45,030 nt of DNA from positions 1 to 45,030 of the IMG/VR virus record IMGVR_UViG_2851949629_000008; one strand, given 5' to 3'. Within the stretch, counting starts at the first letter, position 1. Every line of letters starts with the position of its first letter. The position numbers were made by a program, and so were the translations under genes. Positions 1-10,179 of this stretch are shown piece after piece. Under the pieces are notes generated by a model that did not search any database, had not been told where the DNA came from, and was given only the letters and a program-made list of their open reading frames with translations. The DNA is from a virus (lineage: Duplodnaviria; Heunggongvirae; Uroviricota; Caudoviricetes).

Positions 1-267
1 TTACTCTGCAGGTGAAGTCGGCCACTCAATATCAGGTGCGGTTGATGTATCAACACGGTTCAGCAACACCCGATACTTCTTCCAGGCTTCCAGCAACGAG
101 TTTTCTTCCTCCGTTGCGATCTCCAGATCTACAGCATCCTGAAGTGGCGCAATATGCTCACTGAATTCCTGGATGTAGAACTGTGTGGTGACGGTCTTCC
201 AGCCATTCGGCTCCTGCTGTATCGAAGCATACCAGGCTATTTCAATATCGCTATGCTGCGGCAGCAT
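1..267 (-). CDS. tfa: Tail fibre assembly protein (Tfa) C-terminal domain ORF, 88 aa, internal start
   Basis: Translation ends ...[27 protein letters not shown], matching the lambda/E. coli Tfa C-terminus as recalled; lacks the N-terminal half. Confidence 0.6.
   Translation of the reverse strand: MLPQHSDIEIAWYASIQQEPNGWKTVTTQFYIQEFSEHIAPLQDAVDLEIATEEENSLLEAWKKYRVLLNRVDTSTAPDIEWPTSPAE
16..70. repeat. Direct repeat copy 1 (tfa 3' end, ~55 bp)
   Basis: ggccactcaatatcaggtgcggttgatgtatcaacacggttcagcaacaccc recurs at 1066-1120 with 1 mismatch (g/a at the 24th base of the quoted string). Confidence 0.8.
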
Positions 268-323
268 TTAACCCCTTGTAATTCATCGCCACAATTGATT
301 TAATTCACAAATAAAACTATAAC

Positions 324-992
324 ATGGTGAAATTAATGAAAAAAAACACAGATGATGGGGCTAAAATTTACACACCACTTACCCTAAAGCTTTATGACTG
401 GTGGGTTTTGGGAGTATCAAATCGGCTTGCATGGGGATGTCCTACAAAGGAACACCTTCTTCCACACTTTCTAGAACATTTAGGTAACAACCATCTGGAT
501 ATTGGTGTTGGAACTGGGTTTTACCTTACTCACGTACCTGAGAGTAGTCTGATATCTTTAATGGATTTGAACGAAGCTAGCCTGAACGCGGCATCGACAA
601 GGGCTGGGGAATCAAAAATTAAACATAAAATTAGCCATGATGTTTTTGAACCTTATCCCGCGGCATTACATGGTCAATTTGATTCCATTTCCATGTTTTA
701 CCTTCTTCACTGCCTGCCTGGAAATATATCTACAAAAAGCTGTGTAATACGCAATGCGGCGCAGGCCTTAACTGACGATGGAACTCTATACGGAGCCACA
801 ATTCTTGGTGACGGCGTTGTGCACAATAGCTTCGGTCAAAAACTGATGCGCATTTACAATCAAAAAGGCATCTTTTCAAACACAAAAGATTCCGAAGAAG
901 GCTTAACACATATACTCTCAGAGCATTTCGAGAATGTTAAAACCAAGATTAAAGGTACTGTAGTAATGTTTTCCGCTTCAGGGAAAAAATAG
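324..992 (+). CDS. Class I SAM-dependent methyltransferase-like cargo protein (222 aa)
   Basis: Motif I-like LDIGVGTGFYL followed by an acidic residue ~20 aa later (ISLMDLNE); appears AT-rich by eye; opposite strand to the phage late genes; sits between tfa remnants. Confidence 0.5.
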   Translation: MVKLMKKNTDDGAKIYTPLTLKLYDWWVLGVSNRLAWGCPTKEHLLPHFLEHLGNNHLDIGVGTGFYLTHVPESSLISLMDLNEASLNAASTRAGESKIKHKISHDVFEPYPAALHGQFDSISMFYLLHCLPGNISTKSCVIRNAAQALTDDGTLYGATILGDGVVHNSFGQKLMRIYNQKGIFSNTKDSEEGLTHILSEHFENVKTKIKGTVVMFSASGKK

Positions 993-1046
993 CATCCAGC
1001 CGCAGCACGTTCTTGCGCACGACGTGCTGCGGCATAATCCCAATGA

Positions 1047-1175
1047 TTACTCCCTGACAGGGTTCGTAGGCCACTCAATATCAGGTGCAGTTGATGTATC
1101 AACACGGTTCAGCAACACCCTGCATGCCTTCCATGCCGCCAGCAATGATGTTTCCTCCTTCGTTGCATATACTGC
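1047..1175 (-). pseudogene. tfa 3' remnant (last ~42 codons only)
   Basis: Minus-frame translation [42 protein letters not shown] is bounded upstream by an in-frame stop; it was not in the ORF track. Confidence 0.45.
1066..1120. repeat. Direct repeat copy 2 (tfa 3' end)
   Basis: Near-identical to 16-70. Confidence 0.8.
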
Positions 1176-1439
1176 TCACCTTTTTCACCCACGATTAACC
1201 AACAGCCAGATTCGCAGGCACGCCCCACCACGGCATATTCATACGCTTGCCATGTCCGAACATTTCAATCCAGCGATATTATGCCTGGGGTGTTCAAGCG
1301 CAATGAAGTACGTATTGTATCTTCGCGATTTTTTATAGGCTAATTGACGCGCAATTCTGAGCGGGGAGCGCACAATCAAACAGCACAGAATGGATCGCTG
1401 ATATTTATCCTTTTGTCGGTTTATCAAACAACAAGAGAG

Positions 1440-3275
1440 TCAATAGCGGATTGTCCCTACATCCATTTCTGGCGAATCCACTAACCAGAAATTATCTGGC
1501 TTTACAGCCAGAATGATCCAGGCAGTGTTTGTTGTTGATGACCAGGAAGGCAGCACATCGTATGCCGGGTCATCGCAAGAATCACGATAACCGTACTCAT
1601 TAAAAAGTGGAGCCATTGCTGCCACAAGATTCACCGCATTCAGCTCATTACCCAGCTTGCGCTCAAAAAGTGCCACACCTGCCGTTCCTTCCACCCACAC
1701 GCCACGGCTGTGACCACTATAACCATAATCAGGGTGGTACGGTGTGTAACCCGTGGTTTCCCTCGTACCAAATAAAAAACGCCCCATATATTTTCGGCAC
1801 TTAGCCGCTTTCTCAGCATCAATATTGGCAACAAACAATCCGCCCCAGGAAGACTGATCCAGCGCCGCTGCGTTGTCATAGTGGGTTGAATGAACCCCCT
1901 GTCGAAATCGGCCTTCATCTTCCACCCACAGACCTCTGATGATGCTCTTTGCCAGCCTGTCAGCCCGCTCACTGAAACCGTCAAATCCCAGCCGTCCCAT
2001 CAGTTCAAACAAAAACCAGATATCAACGTTATGCTCCAGTGCGCACCATTCGGCGACAAAAGTTTCATCAAAATTGCCGTCCACATAACGCCCCTGCCCC
2101 CCTTTATACAGGCCTTCACGCAGGTCGCCTGGTGTGCTCACCAGAAAAGTATCCAGCCAGGCAATGCCTGCCAATAGCTTTTCTCTGACCCGCGCAGTCT
2201 GAGTACCGTCCGGATACTTCTCCAGATAGAAAGCAAGAGCATAATAAACCCATGCCGCATTGCCCAAGCGGTAATAGGTACGCGGTGACATGGCAGACAG
2301 CCTGTTAACAAAAAACTTTACTCCACCGTTTTCATCAACAAGCGCACACAAGCCCGCAACGTATCTTTCTACAGCCTCATGTCGCTGAACCATCAACGCC
2401 AGTGCTGCCAGCGCCTGGTCATACGTGTAACACCGATCTTTCATCACCCTGATCACTTCGGGGTCTGCGTCCTCCGGCATCCAGTAGCTACGAATGAGCA
2501 GTGGAAACTCCAGCGTTGTGATCCACGCATTATCCTCAATCCGAATAAGACGAAACTGTTTTGCTCCCGTCCAGCAACGTCTGAAATAGAAAGTTCCGTC
2601 ACTATTCAAATTAGCGTCGCCGTTAAAATACTCTCCGGTTGTATAAGCATACATATCGACTTTATACTTTTCAGGTTCAGGAATATCGCAATATCCGTTA
2701 ACTGCACCGACATAATTAAAATCGATATTTTCTTTTATTTTTAAAGATATTGATGTATTAACAACCTCGGGTTGTTCCAGTTTTAACATTGCAGTAGTGC
2801 AACGACTCACGATGTCGTCAAAGTTCTCAAAGCGCAAACCGGGAAAACTATCGGCTATTCCCTGCATTTCAGACAGTAACGCTTCTGCCCTTTTTGTCGC
2901 TGATATTGCCACATCTGCACTTCGTTGCGCCTGACTTGTCAAATCTTCAAATCGTTTCACCACATCTGGCTTCAGGTCGCCTTCGTCGGGGGCAGTCAGA
3001 AAATCATTCAGCGTACCTGGTCTGGAACCTTCATAAACGGTAATGGTCCCGGCATGTGAAGGCGGAAAACCTTCAACCAACAGGGTGACGCTGTATTGAC
3101 CATACTCAACATCCATGCTGTAACGTCCAGCTTCATCCGGATTTTCTGAGGCCACCGTGTTCACCACAACCGTTGTGCTGTTACGTTTTGCCTTCAGTTG
3201 AATAGTGCAGTTCTGTATTGGTTTTCCCGCACCATCTTTCAGCACACCTGAGATTTTTACTGCTGCCATATCCAC
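1440..3275 (-). CDS. stf: Side tail fibre protein, chimeric: lambda Stf-like N-terminus with a distinct C-terminal domain
   Basis: First ~90 aa (MAAVKISGVLKDGAGKPIQNCTIQLKAKRNSTTVVVNTV...) match the lambda Stf N-terminus as recalled; the remaining ~500 aa are unrelated to lambda Stf; position after lom. Confidence 0.8.
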   Translation of the reverse strand: MDMAAVKISGVLKDGAGKPIQNCTIQLKAKRNSTTVVVNTVASENPDEAGRYSMDVEYGQYSVTLLVEGFPPSHAGTITVYEGSRPGTLNDFLTAPDEGDLKPDVVKRFEDLTSQAQRSADVAISATKRAEALLSEMQGIADSFPGLRFENFDDIVSRCTTAMLKLEQPEVVNTSISLKIKENIDFNYVGAVNGYCDIPEPEKYKVDMYAYTTGEYFNGDANLNSDGTFYFRRCWTGAKQFRLIRIEDNAWITTLEFPLLIRSYWMPEDADPEVIRVMKDRCYTYDQALAALALMVQRHEAVERYVAGLCALVDENGGVKFFVNRLSAMSPRTYYRLGNAAWVYYALAFYLEKYPDGTQTARVREKLLAGIAWLDTFLVSTPGDLREGLYKGGQGRYVDGNFDETFVAEWCALEHNVDIWFLFELMGRLGFDGFSERADRLAKSIIRGLWVEDEGRFRQGVHSTHYDNAAALDQSSWGGLFVANIDAEKAAKCRKYMGRFLFGTRETTGYTPYHPDYGYSGHSRGVWVEGTAGVALFERKLGNELNAVNLVAAMAPLFNEYGYRDSCDDPAYDVLPSWSSTTNTAWIILAVKPDNFWLVDSPEMDVGTIRY

Positions 3276-3323
3276 CCCACAAAAAAGCCCGCCAGAATAT
3301 GCGGGCTGTCATAACACTGCTAA

Positions 3324-3923
3324 TCAGAATTTATAACCGACACCCACGATAAAACCGTCAGTGCGCCAGTCACCACTGCCGGAGCCTTCATAAGCAATAT
3401 CAATGGCCACGGATTCGGTCGGGTTAAACTGCACGCCAGCCCCCCACGCCAGAGACGTGTTACTGTGGCGACCATCATCACTTGCGGTCAGCACATCGTG
3501 CGTTTTCCCCTTGTTGTCAGTTACGCGGAGATAATCCCCGGAGAAAGTCGAAACACGGCTGTAAGCCACACCCGCCATCGCATATGCGCTGAACCACTCA
3601 TTCACGCGCACAGATGGCCCCGCCATCATGCTGAACCAGCGGTTACGCACGGAATCTTCATGCCAGCGGGTATCACTGTAACGGGTAATCTGGCGATTCT
3701 TGTCTCCGGAATAACTGAATGACGTCACCAGCCCCAGCGTGTCCGTAAATTCATAACGGTATTTCACGTTAATGCCCTTCAGGTCATCGTTGCCGGGCAT
3801 ATCAGTATGGGACTGAATATACCCGGAGCTTAGTGTGGACTGATGCTCTGCTGCACTCGCTGGCGTACCAGCGGCGACCAGCCAGACTACTGCAGACAGA
3901 ATAACAGCACATAATTTACGCAT
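3324..3923 (-). CDS. lom: Lom outer membrane protein (Ail/Lom family)
   Basis: [12 protein letters not shown]... signal peptide, beta-barrel-like C-terminus ending GYKF, located after J as in lambda. Confidence 0.9.
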   Translation of the reverse strand: MRKLCAVILSAVVWLVAAGTPASAAEHQSTLSSGYIQSHTDMPGNDDLKGINVKYRYEFTDTLGLVTSFSYSGDKNRQITRYSDTRWHEDSVRNRWFSMMAGPSVRVNEWFSAYAMAGVAYSRVSTFSGDYLRVTDNKGKTHDVLTASDDGRHSNTSLAWGAGVQFNPTESVAIDIAYEGSGSGDWRTDGFIVGVGYKF

Positions 3924-3990
3924 AATTACCTCTCGCTTTTCTGCAATAAAAAAGGCGTCATTTCTGACGCCCGTATTGGGGTTATAAAAT

Positions 3991-6900
3991 TCAGCTGATA
4001 CTGATGCCTGCGGTGGCTTTCTTCATCACCACAACCAGCAAATCGCTGATACTTGCTGTGGGATACCAGTTATTTACCAGCCATGCTGACACCGAAAACT
4101 CCAGTGTCATGTGACCGTGACCGGCAGGCATATCAATAACGCCACTGTAAATCAGCGTATTATCCAGCGCGGTACGGTTATAAATTTCAGCACCGTTTTT
4201 CCGCACTATCAGACGGCATGAGGAGTAAATATCAGTATGCTCTCTCTCATGCTTAGCGCCACTGAATGCCACCGCCGGAATAACAATTTGCCGGTCAAAC
4301 GGCTGATCGTCATAAACCCTGACGGTAATGGTCCTTGATGGCCACCGCTCCGGTGCTCGGGAGTCACGGGGGAAAGCTTTGCCCACTGTTTTAACGAGAT
4401 CGCCTTCAATCTGGTGCGCGGACAGTTTTCCCAGAACCCGACAGTTCTCGTTAATCGTGACGTTGTTGAGCGTCCCTGAGTTCGCATTCACGTTACCGCT
4501 GATATCGGCATTTTTAGCGGTCAGCTTTCCGTCCGGTGTCAGGGAAAATGCCGGCGGATTTCCACCGCTGGTAATGGTGGGAGCCGTCAGGCGTTTCAGG
4601 AACACGTCGTTCATGAATATCTGGTTGCCCTGCGCCACAAACATCGGCGTTTCATTCCCGTTTGCCGGGTCAATAAACGCGATACGGTTAGCGGCAACCA
4701 GAAACTGGCTCAGTTTGCCTTCCTCCGTGTCCTCCATGCTGAGGCCAATACCCGCGACATAATGTTTGCCGTCTTTGGTCTGCTCAATTTTGACAGCCCA
4801 CATGGCATTCCACTTATCGTTGGCGTCCTTCCACTCTTTCGAAAACTCCTCCAGTCTGCTGGCGTTATCCTCCGTCAGCTCGACTTTTTCCAGCAGCTCC
4901 TTGCCGAGATGGGATTCGGTTATCAGGCCTTTGAAAAAATCCAGGTAACCTTCCGCATCATCGCTCGCCCGACCGACGGCCTCCACGAATGCCGATTTGC
5001 CAACGGTGTTCACACTGCGGATATAAAAGTAATAATCATGGCCCGGTTTGATATTGATACTGGCGGCTATCCAGTACAGCCCCGTGCCAAGGTAGCGGGC
5101 TGTGGTTTCAACCTGCCTGATATCAGCAATCCGTTTTTCCGAGAACCAGAACTCAAACTGTACCGTCGGATCATAAACCGCAAGATGCGGCGTGGCGGTT
5201 ATCTGAAAATAGCCCGGCGTCAGCTCAATCCGCGACGGTGCTGCCGGTGCGGCAATCCGGAACGATACCGATGCCGGATCGCCCTGCTGTCCCCACGCAT
5301 TTACCGCCCGGACTGTCAGCCTGTAATTTCCTGGCGCCAGTTGCGTGAAGCGGTATGTAGTTTCCGTCGTCCTGGCCGTGCTGACCAGCCGCTCACTGCC
5401 ATCGTCCGCTGTTACGGTCAGACGGAGCAGGAAGCTCACGCCCTTCACCACCTTCGGTGTGTCCCATCGCGCCAGCACCTGATACTCCCCGCTGTCTGCG
5501 GTGACTTCGGCAGTCAGGTGCTGCACCGCTGGCGGCGTGACACCATTCACCGTGCCGCTCTGGTCGCCGTCAAAGTGCGCCCCGTTATCCACGATGGCTT
5601 CTTTTTCCGGTACATGCTGCACGGCGGTGATGGCATACGTGCCGTCGGCGTTCTCACGGATACTCACGCAGCGGAACAGGCGCTGGCGCAGCGTCGGCAG
5701 CTTCAGCCCCCACACGCTGTATTCAGCAACGCCGTCAGGAACACGGCTCACTTTCACCTTCACGCCGTCGGTGACGGACTGAACCTCCACGCTGACCGGA
5801 TTGCCACTTCCGTCAACCAGGCTTATCAGCGTGGTACCGGAGGATGGCAGCGTGATTTCACGGTCGAGCGTCAGCGTCCGGGTCTGGCTGTTTACCGCCA
5901 GCACGCGCCCGCCGGTGCTGATACCGGCATAGTCATCATCACAGATTTCAATGACATCGCCCGGCACATGGCGAAGCCCTTCGGCACCCACGCTGAAGTC
6001 CACGGTCTGCGTTTCCAGCAGTTCTGTTTTAATCAGCCACAGCCCGGCTCGGTGCGCCTGCCCCCGACTGGTACAGCCAAACGCATCCATCTTCGTGACG
6101 TTACGACCGTAACGGGCAATGGCCTGCGAGTCCTCCACAAGCTCTGTTGCCGTCTCCCAGCCGTTATCCGGGTCAATCCAGTTCACCTCAACGGCATTAT
6201 GGCGGTCTTTCAGGGCGCTGAAGCTGTAGCGGAACGGCGCGCCATCATCCGGCATCACCACATTACTGCGGTTATAGGTCCACACCTTATCTGATGGTCG
6301 GTCCTGCACGAACGTCAGCGTCTGCCCGTTCCATACCGGCATACAGCGCATCGCCGAGCAGAAATCACTGAGCACATCCCACGCCTTACGCTGCGTGGTA
6401 AGCCAGGCATTACAGGTGATGCGCGGCTCCGTGCCGCCAAAACCGTCCGGCACTGACTGGTCGCAGTACTGGCCGATGACATACAGCGCCCATTTATCCA
6501 CATCCGCCGCACCAAGACGTTTCCCCATGCCGTAGCGCGGGTGGGTCAGCATATCCCACAGACACCATGCCATGTTGTTGCTGTATGCCGGTTTAAACGT
6601 CCCGTCCCAGATACCGCTGTATTGCCGCGTCTGCGGGTTATAGTTCGATGGCACCTGCAGAATGCGCCCGCGAAGATGATAATTACGGCTCACCTGCTGG
6701 CTGCCGAACTGTTCCGAGTCCACCTGCACGCCGACCAGTGCCGTGTTCGGGTAGCACTGTTTCACATCGATGATTTCAGTGTATGACGACCAGAGCGTTT
6801 TGTTCTGCAGCTGGTCTGTGGTGCTGTCCGGCGTCATCCTGCGCATCCGGATATTGAACGGGCGCGGCGGCAGGTTACCCACCACCACCGAGGCCAGATA

Positions 6901-7386
6901 CTGCGAGGTGGTTTTGCCCTTAATGGTGATGTCTTTTTCCGTCACCCAGCCACCATTACGCTGTATCTGAACCAGCAGGCGAACTTCCGACGGATTCCGG
7001 TCCCCCTTTGAGGTGGTTTCCACCAGTGCCTGCACGCCGAAGGTAAAACGCAGTCGGTCAATGTTTGCCGACGTGATGGTCCGGGTGATCGGCGTGTCGT
7101 ATTTCACTTCCGTACCCAGCACCGTCTCGGAGCCGGAGGATTCAAATCCCTCCGGCGGTGTCTGCTCCTGCTCACCGGCCCGGAACACCACCGTGACGCC
7201 GGAGATGTTGGTATTCCCCTCACTGTCCAGCACCGGCGTACTGTTCAGCAGCACGCTTTTTAATCCCTCCACCGGACCTTCAACCGGCCCTTCGCTGATG
7301 GCATCGATCACACTCAGCAGCTGCGTGGACTTCAGGTTGTCCCTCGCTTCGCGCGGGGTATGCCCCTTACTGCTTCCTTTACCCAT
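3991..7386 (-). CDS. J: Tail tip host specificity protein J (1131 aa)
   Basis: Near-identical over most of its length to lambda J as recalled ([14 protein letters not shown]...); the C-terminal receptor-binding region diverges. Confidence 0.95.
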   Translation of the reverse strand: MGKGSSKGHTPREARDNLKSTQLLSVIDAISEGPVEGPVEGLKSVLLNSTPVLDSEGNTNISGVTVVFRAGEQEQTPPEGFESSGSETVLGTEVKYDTPITRTITSANIDRLRFTFGVQALVETTSKGDRNPSEVRLLVQIQRNGGWVTEKDITIKGKTTSQYLASVVVGNLPPRPFNIRMRRMTPDSTTDQLQNKTLWSSYTEIIDVKQCYPNTALVGVQVDSEQFGSQQVSRNYHLRGRILQVPSNYNPQTRQYSGIWDGTFKPAYSNNMAWCLWDMLTHPRYGMGKRLGAADVDKWALYVIGQYCDQSVPDGFGGTEPRITCNAWLTTQRKAWDVLSDFCSAMRCMPVWNGQTLTFVQDRPSDKVWTYNRSNVVMPDDGAPFRYSFSALKDRHNAVEVNWIDPDNGWETATELVEDSQAIARYGRNVTKMDAFGCTSRGQAHRAGLWLIKTELLETQTVDFSVGAEGLRHVPGDVIEICDDDYAGISTGGRVLAVNSQTRTLTLDREITLPSSGTTLISLVDGSGNPVSVEVQSVTDGVKVKVSRVPDGVAEYSVWGLKLPTLRQRLFRCVSIRENADGTYAITAVQHVPEKEAIVDNGAHFDGDQSGTVNGVTPPAVQHLTAEVTADSGEYQVLARWDTPKVVKGVSFLLRLTVTADDGSERLVSTARTTETTYRFTQLAPGNYRLTVRAVNAWGQQGDPASVSFRIAAPAAPSRIELTPGYFQITATPHLAVYDPTVQFEFWFSEKRIADIRQVETTARYLGTGLYWIAASINIKPGHDYYFYIRSVNTVGKSAFVEAVGRASDDAEGYLDFFKGLITESHLGKELLEKVELTEDNASRLEEFSKEWKDANDKWNAMWAVKIEQTKDGKHYVAGIGLSMEDTEEGKLSQFLVAANRIAFIDPANGNETPMFVAQGNQIFMNDVFLKRLTAPTITSGGNPPAFSLTPDGKLTAKNADISGNVNANSGTLNNVTINENCRVLGKLSAHQIEGDLVKTVGKAFPRDSRAPERWPSRTITVRVYDDQPFDRQIVIPAVAFSGAKHEREHTDIYSSCRLIVRKNGAEIYNRTALDNTLIYSGVIDMPAGHGHMTLEFSVSAWLVNNWYPTASISDLLVVVMKKATAGISIS

Positions 7387-7400
7387 TCCTCACACTCCAT

Positions 7401-7427
7401 AAACAACAAAGCCGCCCAAAAGGCGGC
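7401..7427 (-). terminator. Rho-independent terminator after the lipoprotein moron
   Basis: Hairpin GCCGCC-caaaa-GGCGGC followed on the minus strand by TTTGTTGTTTAT. Confidence 0.5.
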
Positions 7428-7452
7428 TCATGAGTTACGGCAGGATTAACTA

Positions 7453-7791
7453 TTATTTACATGCATTAACACTATCAGCAAAAATTTTTGGCGTTAATGC
7501 TGGTACACGTTCATAAAGAGTAAAACTACTGCCATTTCCTGCTTTTTTGATATCAAGCACAACATCATATCCCCCCATAGCCTGTGGAACTAAAAGGCTT
7601 ACCCCATTCTCAATAGGAAGGGATGTTATAGGTGTTCCATTACCAGCCCATTGTCTGGATATGCAGCCTGACAATTCATCAATATTTTTTAATGAATTAC
7701 CTTCCATTACAGGTTTTCCGGATTTTACGTAATCCAAAGATTTACATCCTGTTAAGGCAATAATCGTGCAGAATAAAATCGTTTTGTTCAT
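7453..7791 (-). CDS. Small lipoprotein (moron) inserted between tail genes I and J
   Basis: MNKTILFCTIIALTGC has signal peptide plus lipobox Cys; looks AT-rich by eye; ATG at 7791 (track start 7803 is TTG); own downstream terminator. Confidence 0.6.
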   Translation of the reverse strand: MNKTILFCTIIALTGCKSLDYVKSGKPVMEGNSLKNIDELSGCISRQWAGNGTPITSLPIENGVSLLVPQAMGGYDVVLDIKKAGNGSSFTLYERVPALTPKIFADSVNACK

Positions 7792-7863
7792 ATAGCTAAC
7801 CAATAGAATAATTATCAGTGTTCGATATAAATATTAAATCAGTTAGAACATGAGTAAATAATA

Positions 7864-8505
7864 TTACCGCCCAATTACCACAACCTGACCACCATCCCCT
7901 TCATCTGCCGTGCTGATCTCCTGAGATGCCACACGTGACCCCACGCGCATTTCACCGTACAGAACAGGCAGGACATTGCCCTGGGCAACCATGTTATCCA
8001 GTGAGGAGAAATAGGTGTTCTGTTTGCCGTTATCCGTTGTCTGTGTACGTGGAGTTTTGGGTTTAGGAGCCAGCATCTGTGCGACACCACCAAGCGTCAT
8101 CGCTGCCCCCATAGAAAAGAGAATGTCACTGAAAGCGATACTGATCCCCGGCATCCAGATTGCCGTAGCAATCAACGCCGCACCCAGCACCGCCTGAAAC
8201 ACACCGCCACTTTTTGCTCCCGCAAGACGCGGCACGATGTGGATCACGGCACCATTTGCCAGCGGCTCATTAAGACGGGCAGATAATTCGGTTTCTCCTG
8301 CATCCCGCCCGGCAATCCGTACCTGATACCAGCCATCGCTCAGTTTCTGACGAAACGCCGGGAGCTGTGTGGCCAGTGCCCGGATGGCTTCAGCCCCCGT
8401 TTTCACACGAAGGTCGATGCGGCGGCCAAATCGTTGCAAATCCCCGTAAAGGCAGATGCGTGCCATGCCCGGTGACGCCAGAGGGAGTGTGTGCGTCGCT
8501 GCCAT
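7864..8505 (-). CDS. I: Tail assembly protein I
   Basis: Position between K and J, overlaps K 3' end as in lambda; ubiquitin-like N-terminus typical of gpI. Confidence 0.85.
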   Translation of the reverse strand: MAATHTLPLASPGMARICLYGDLQRFGRRIDLRVKTGAEAIRALATQLPAFRQKLSDGWYQVRIAGRDAGETELSARLNEPLANGAVIHIVPRLAGAKSGGVFQAVLGAALIATAIWMPGISIAFSDILFSMGAAMTLGGVAQMLAPKPKTPRTQTTDNGKQNTYFSSLDNMVAQGNVLPVLYGEMRVGSRVASQEISTADEGDGGQVVVIGR

Positions 8506-9146
8506 TTGTCGGTATACCTCTCTCGTTTGCTCAGTTGTTCAGGAATATGGTGCAGCAGCTCGCCATCACCACAGTAAATAGCGGCATGATTCGGCACCGA
8601 TGAACCAAAGCAGCACAGCAGCACATCGCCCGGCTGCGCCGCTGACAACGGCACCTGATACAGCCCCGTTGCCTCCAGATTATCCAGATAGAGATTCTGA
8701 CCGTGACGCCACCAGTCATCCTCACGATGAAAGTCCGGCATCTCAATCCCCGCCAGATGGTAAGCATCCCGGAACAGTGTGTAACAGTCCGTCACCCCGT
8801 ACTCAAAGCGCCGCCCGGTGAGATGCGGCACACAGCGGAACTTGTGAATCGCCCCCCGGCAGACCAGCCACCACGGCAAATCGCTCTGCACCTGTAGCCG
8901 CCGGTCAGCCTCACTCAGCCAGGGCAGACCACCGGGGTGGCTGTGGACCAGCGCCACAATCTCACCCTGCATCTCTGCCTGCAGCCAGTCCTCCGGAGCC
9001 ATCCGGAAATAATCCTCCGGCTCACCGGAAATATTCACGCAGGGAAAATATCTTTCCCCCTCCGGCGTTCTCACCACGAAGCCGCACGACTCCGCTGGCG
9101 CACATCGCCGGGCGTGCGCCAGAATCGCTGATTCTGTCTCTGTCAT
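8403..9146 (-). CDS. K: Tail assembly protein K (JAB/MPN plus NlpC/P60-like)
   Basis: Contains HSHPGG (JAMM-like) and a Cys/His NlpC-P60-like C-terminus; the canonical lambda K would start at the internal Met at 9002 (MAPEDWLQ...), the longer ORF includes the MPN N-terminus. Confidence 0.85.
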   Translation of the reverse strand: MTETESAILAHARRCAPAESCGFVVRTPEGERYFPCVNISGEPEDYFRMAPEDWLQAEMQGEIVALVHSHPGGLPWLSEADRRLQVQSDLPWWLVCRGAIHKFRCVPHLTGRRFEYGVTDCYTLFRDAYHLAGIEMPDFHREDDWWRHGQNLYLDNLEATGLYQVPLSAAQPGDVLLCCFGSSVPNHAAIYCGDGELLHHIPEQLSKRERYTDKWQRRTHSLWRHRAWHASAFTGICNDLAAASTFV

Positions 9147-9151
9147 GGGAT

Positions 9152-9850
9152 TTACTGCGAAAGTTTGTTAATGGAAAGGAAGCCGCCAAAGTTGCCGACG
9201 TTATTGCGAAACTTACAGCCACTCAGGCATTTGCTGCATTTATCCTTCGTGATATCGGACGTCGGCTGGTCATATTCATCCGCGACCGCCGGACCGTGGT
9301 AACCGCACTCATCGCCGCGATAGGTCCAGGTGCAGGTGTTGGCCAGCATGATTCGTCCCGGAAAAACAGCGCCGTCCGTTTCCGTCGGCGTGGACAGTAC
9401 AAAAGAGGCACTGACCGCGCTCAGTTCGCTGCACTGCTCGATGCGCCAGCGGCTGATCACCTCCTGCTCCGGATCGGCATCGCTGTTTCCGTTGACGAAG
9501 TTCACCGCATCCAGAAAACGGGCGTAAACCTTACGCCGGACCACCGTTCCGCCGACCAGACTCTGCAGATCTTCCGCCATCCCGCTGACCATACCGTACA
9601 GGTTAGAAACCGTCAGCGTGGGGCGCGTACTGGTGCCTTTGCCATTCAGTTCAAAACCACTCCCCTGAATGGGATACGGCTGATACTGTCGCCCCTGCCA
9701 GGTGACCGGCTCACCTTTTTCGTTCTGCTCATTACAGAAAAAATAACGTTCTCCACCGACCTCTGTCAGATCGATTTCCCAGAGCACCACGCTGGCCGAC
9801 TGCTCCGCACGGGTGCATTCATTCAGTGTTTCCTGCCGGATATCCTGCAT
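9152..9850 (-). CDS. L: Minor tail protein L
   Basis: 232 aa with a C-terminal Cys cluster; matches lambda L in length and position. Confidence 0.9.
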   Translation of the reverse strand: MQDIRQETLNECTRAEQSASVVLWEIDLTEVGGERYFFCNEQNEKGEPVTWQGRQYQPYPIQGSGFELNGKGTSTRPTLTVSNLYGMVSGMAEDLQSLVGGTVVRRKVYARFLDAVNFVNGNSDADPEQEVISRWRIEQCSELSAVSASFVLSTPTETDGAVFPGRIMLANTCTWTYRGDECGYHGPAVADEYDQPTSDITKDKCSKCLSGCKFRNNVGNFGGFLSINKLSQ

Positions 9851-10179
9851 CAGTTCACCACCTGTTTAAACTCTGCGCTGAACTCAACACGCAGCATACT
9901 GACCTGCGACGACCATTTTGCGCAGGTCACCTTTATCTGCCTGTAACCATAAGGCGGCGTCCACAGAAAGGCCTTCCAGCCCCCGTGCTCAGCCAGAAAC
10001 GACTCCAGCGCCGTGGCCTCCTCACGGGAGACAGACAGCGTCACGCTGTACGTTTTCAGGTCAGCGTTCAGCCCGGCAGGCGCACGCTGAGAATAGCCAT
10101 CACCAAAGCGCACCTTTCTTACGGAAGGGGCCGAAGCCACATCCATACCGGGTTTCACTTTCCAGCGAAAGGTTTTCAT
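9850..10179 (-). CDS. M: Minor tail protein M
   Basis: 109 aa, same length and position as lambda M. Confidence 0.9.
   Translation of the reverse strand: MKTFRWKVKPGMDVASAPSVRKVRFGDGYSQRAPAGLNADLKTYSVTLSVSREEATALESFLAEHGGWKAFLWTPPYGYRQIKVTCAKWSSQVSMLRVEFSAEFKQVVN

Noticed and set aside
860-1105. 81-aa minus ORF overlapping the methyltransferase 3' end
   Set aside because: Antisense overlap with a better-supported gene; the real minus-strand coding here is only the short tfa remnant in another frame.
1-1200. Invertible tail-fibre segment (Gin/Pin-type)
   Set aside because: The tfa-end repeats are direct, not inverted, and no serine invertase gene is present in the window.
4762-6294. 510-aa plus-strand ORF inside the J gene region
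   Set aside because: Antisense to the well-supported J gene; Arg/Ala-rich composition typical of shadow ORFs in GC-rich coding DNA.
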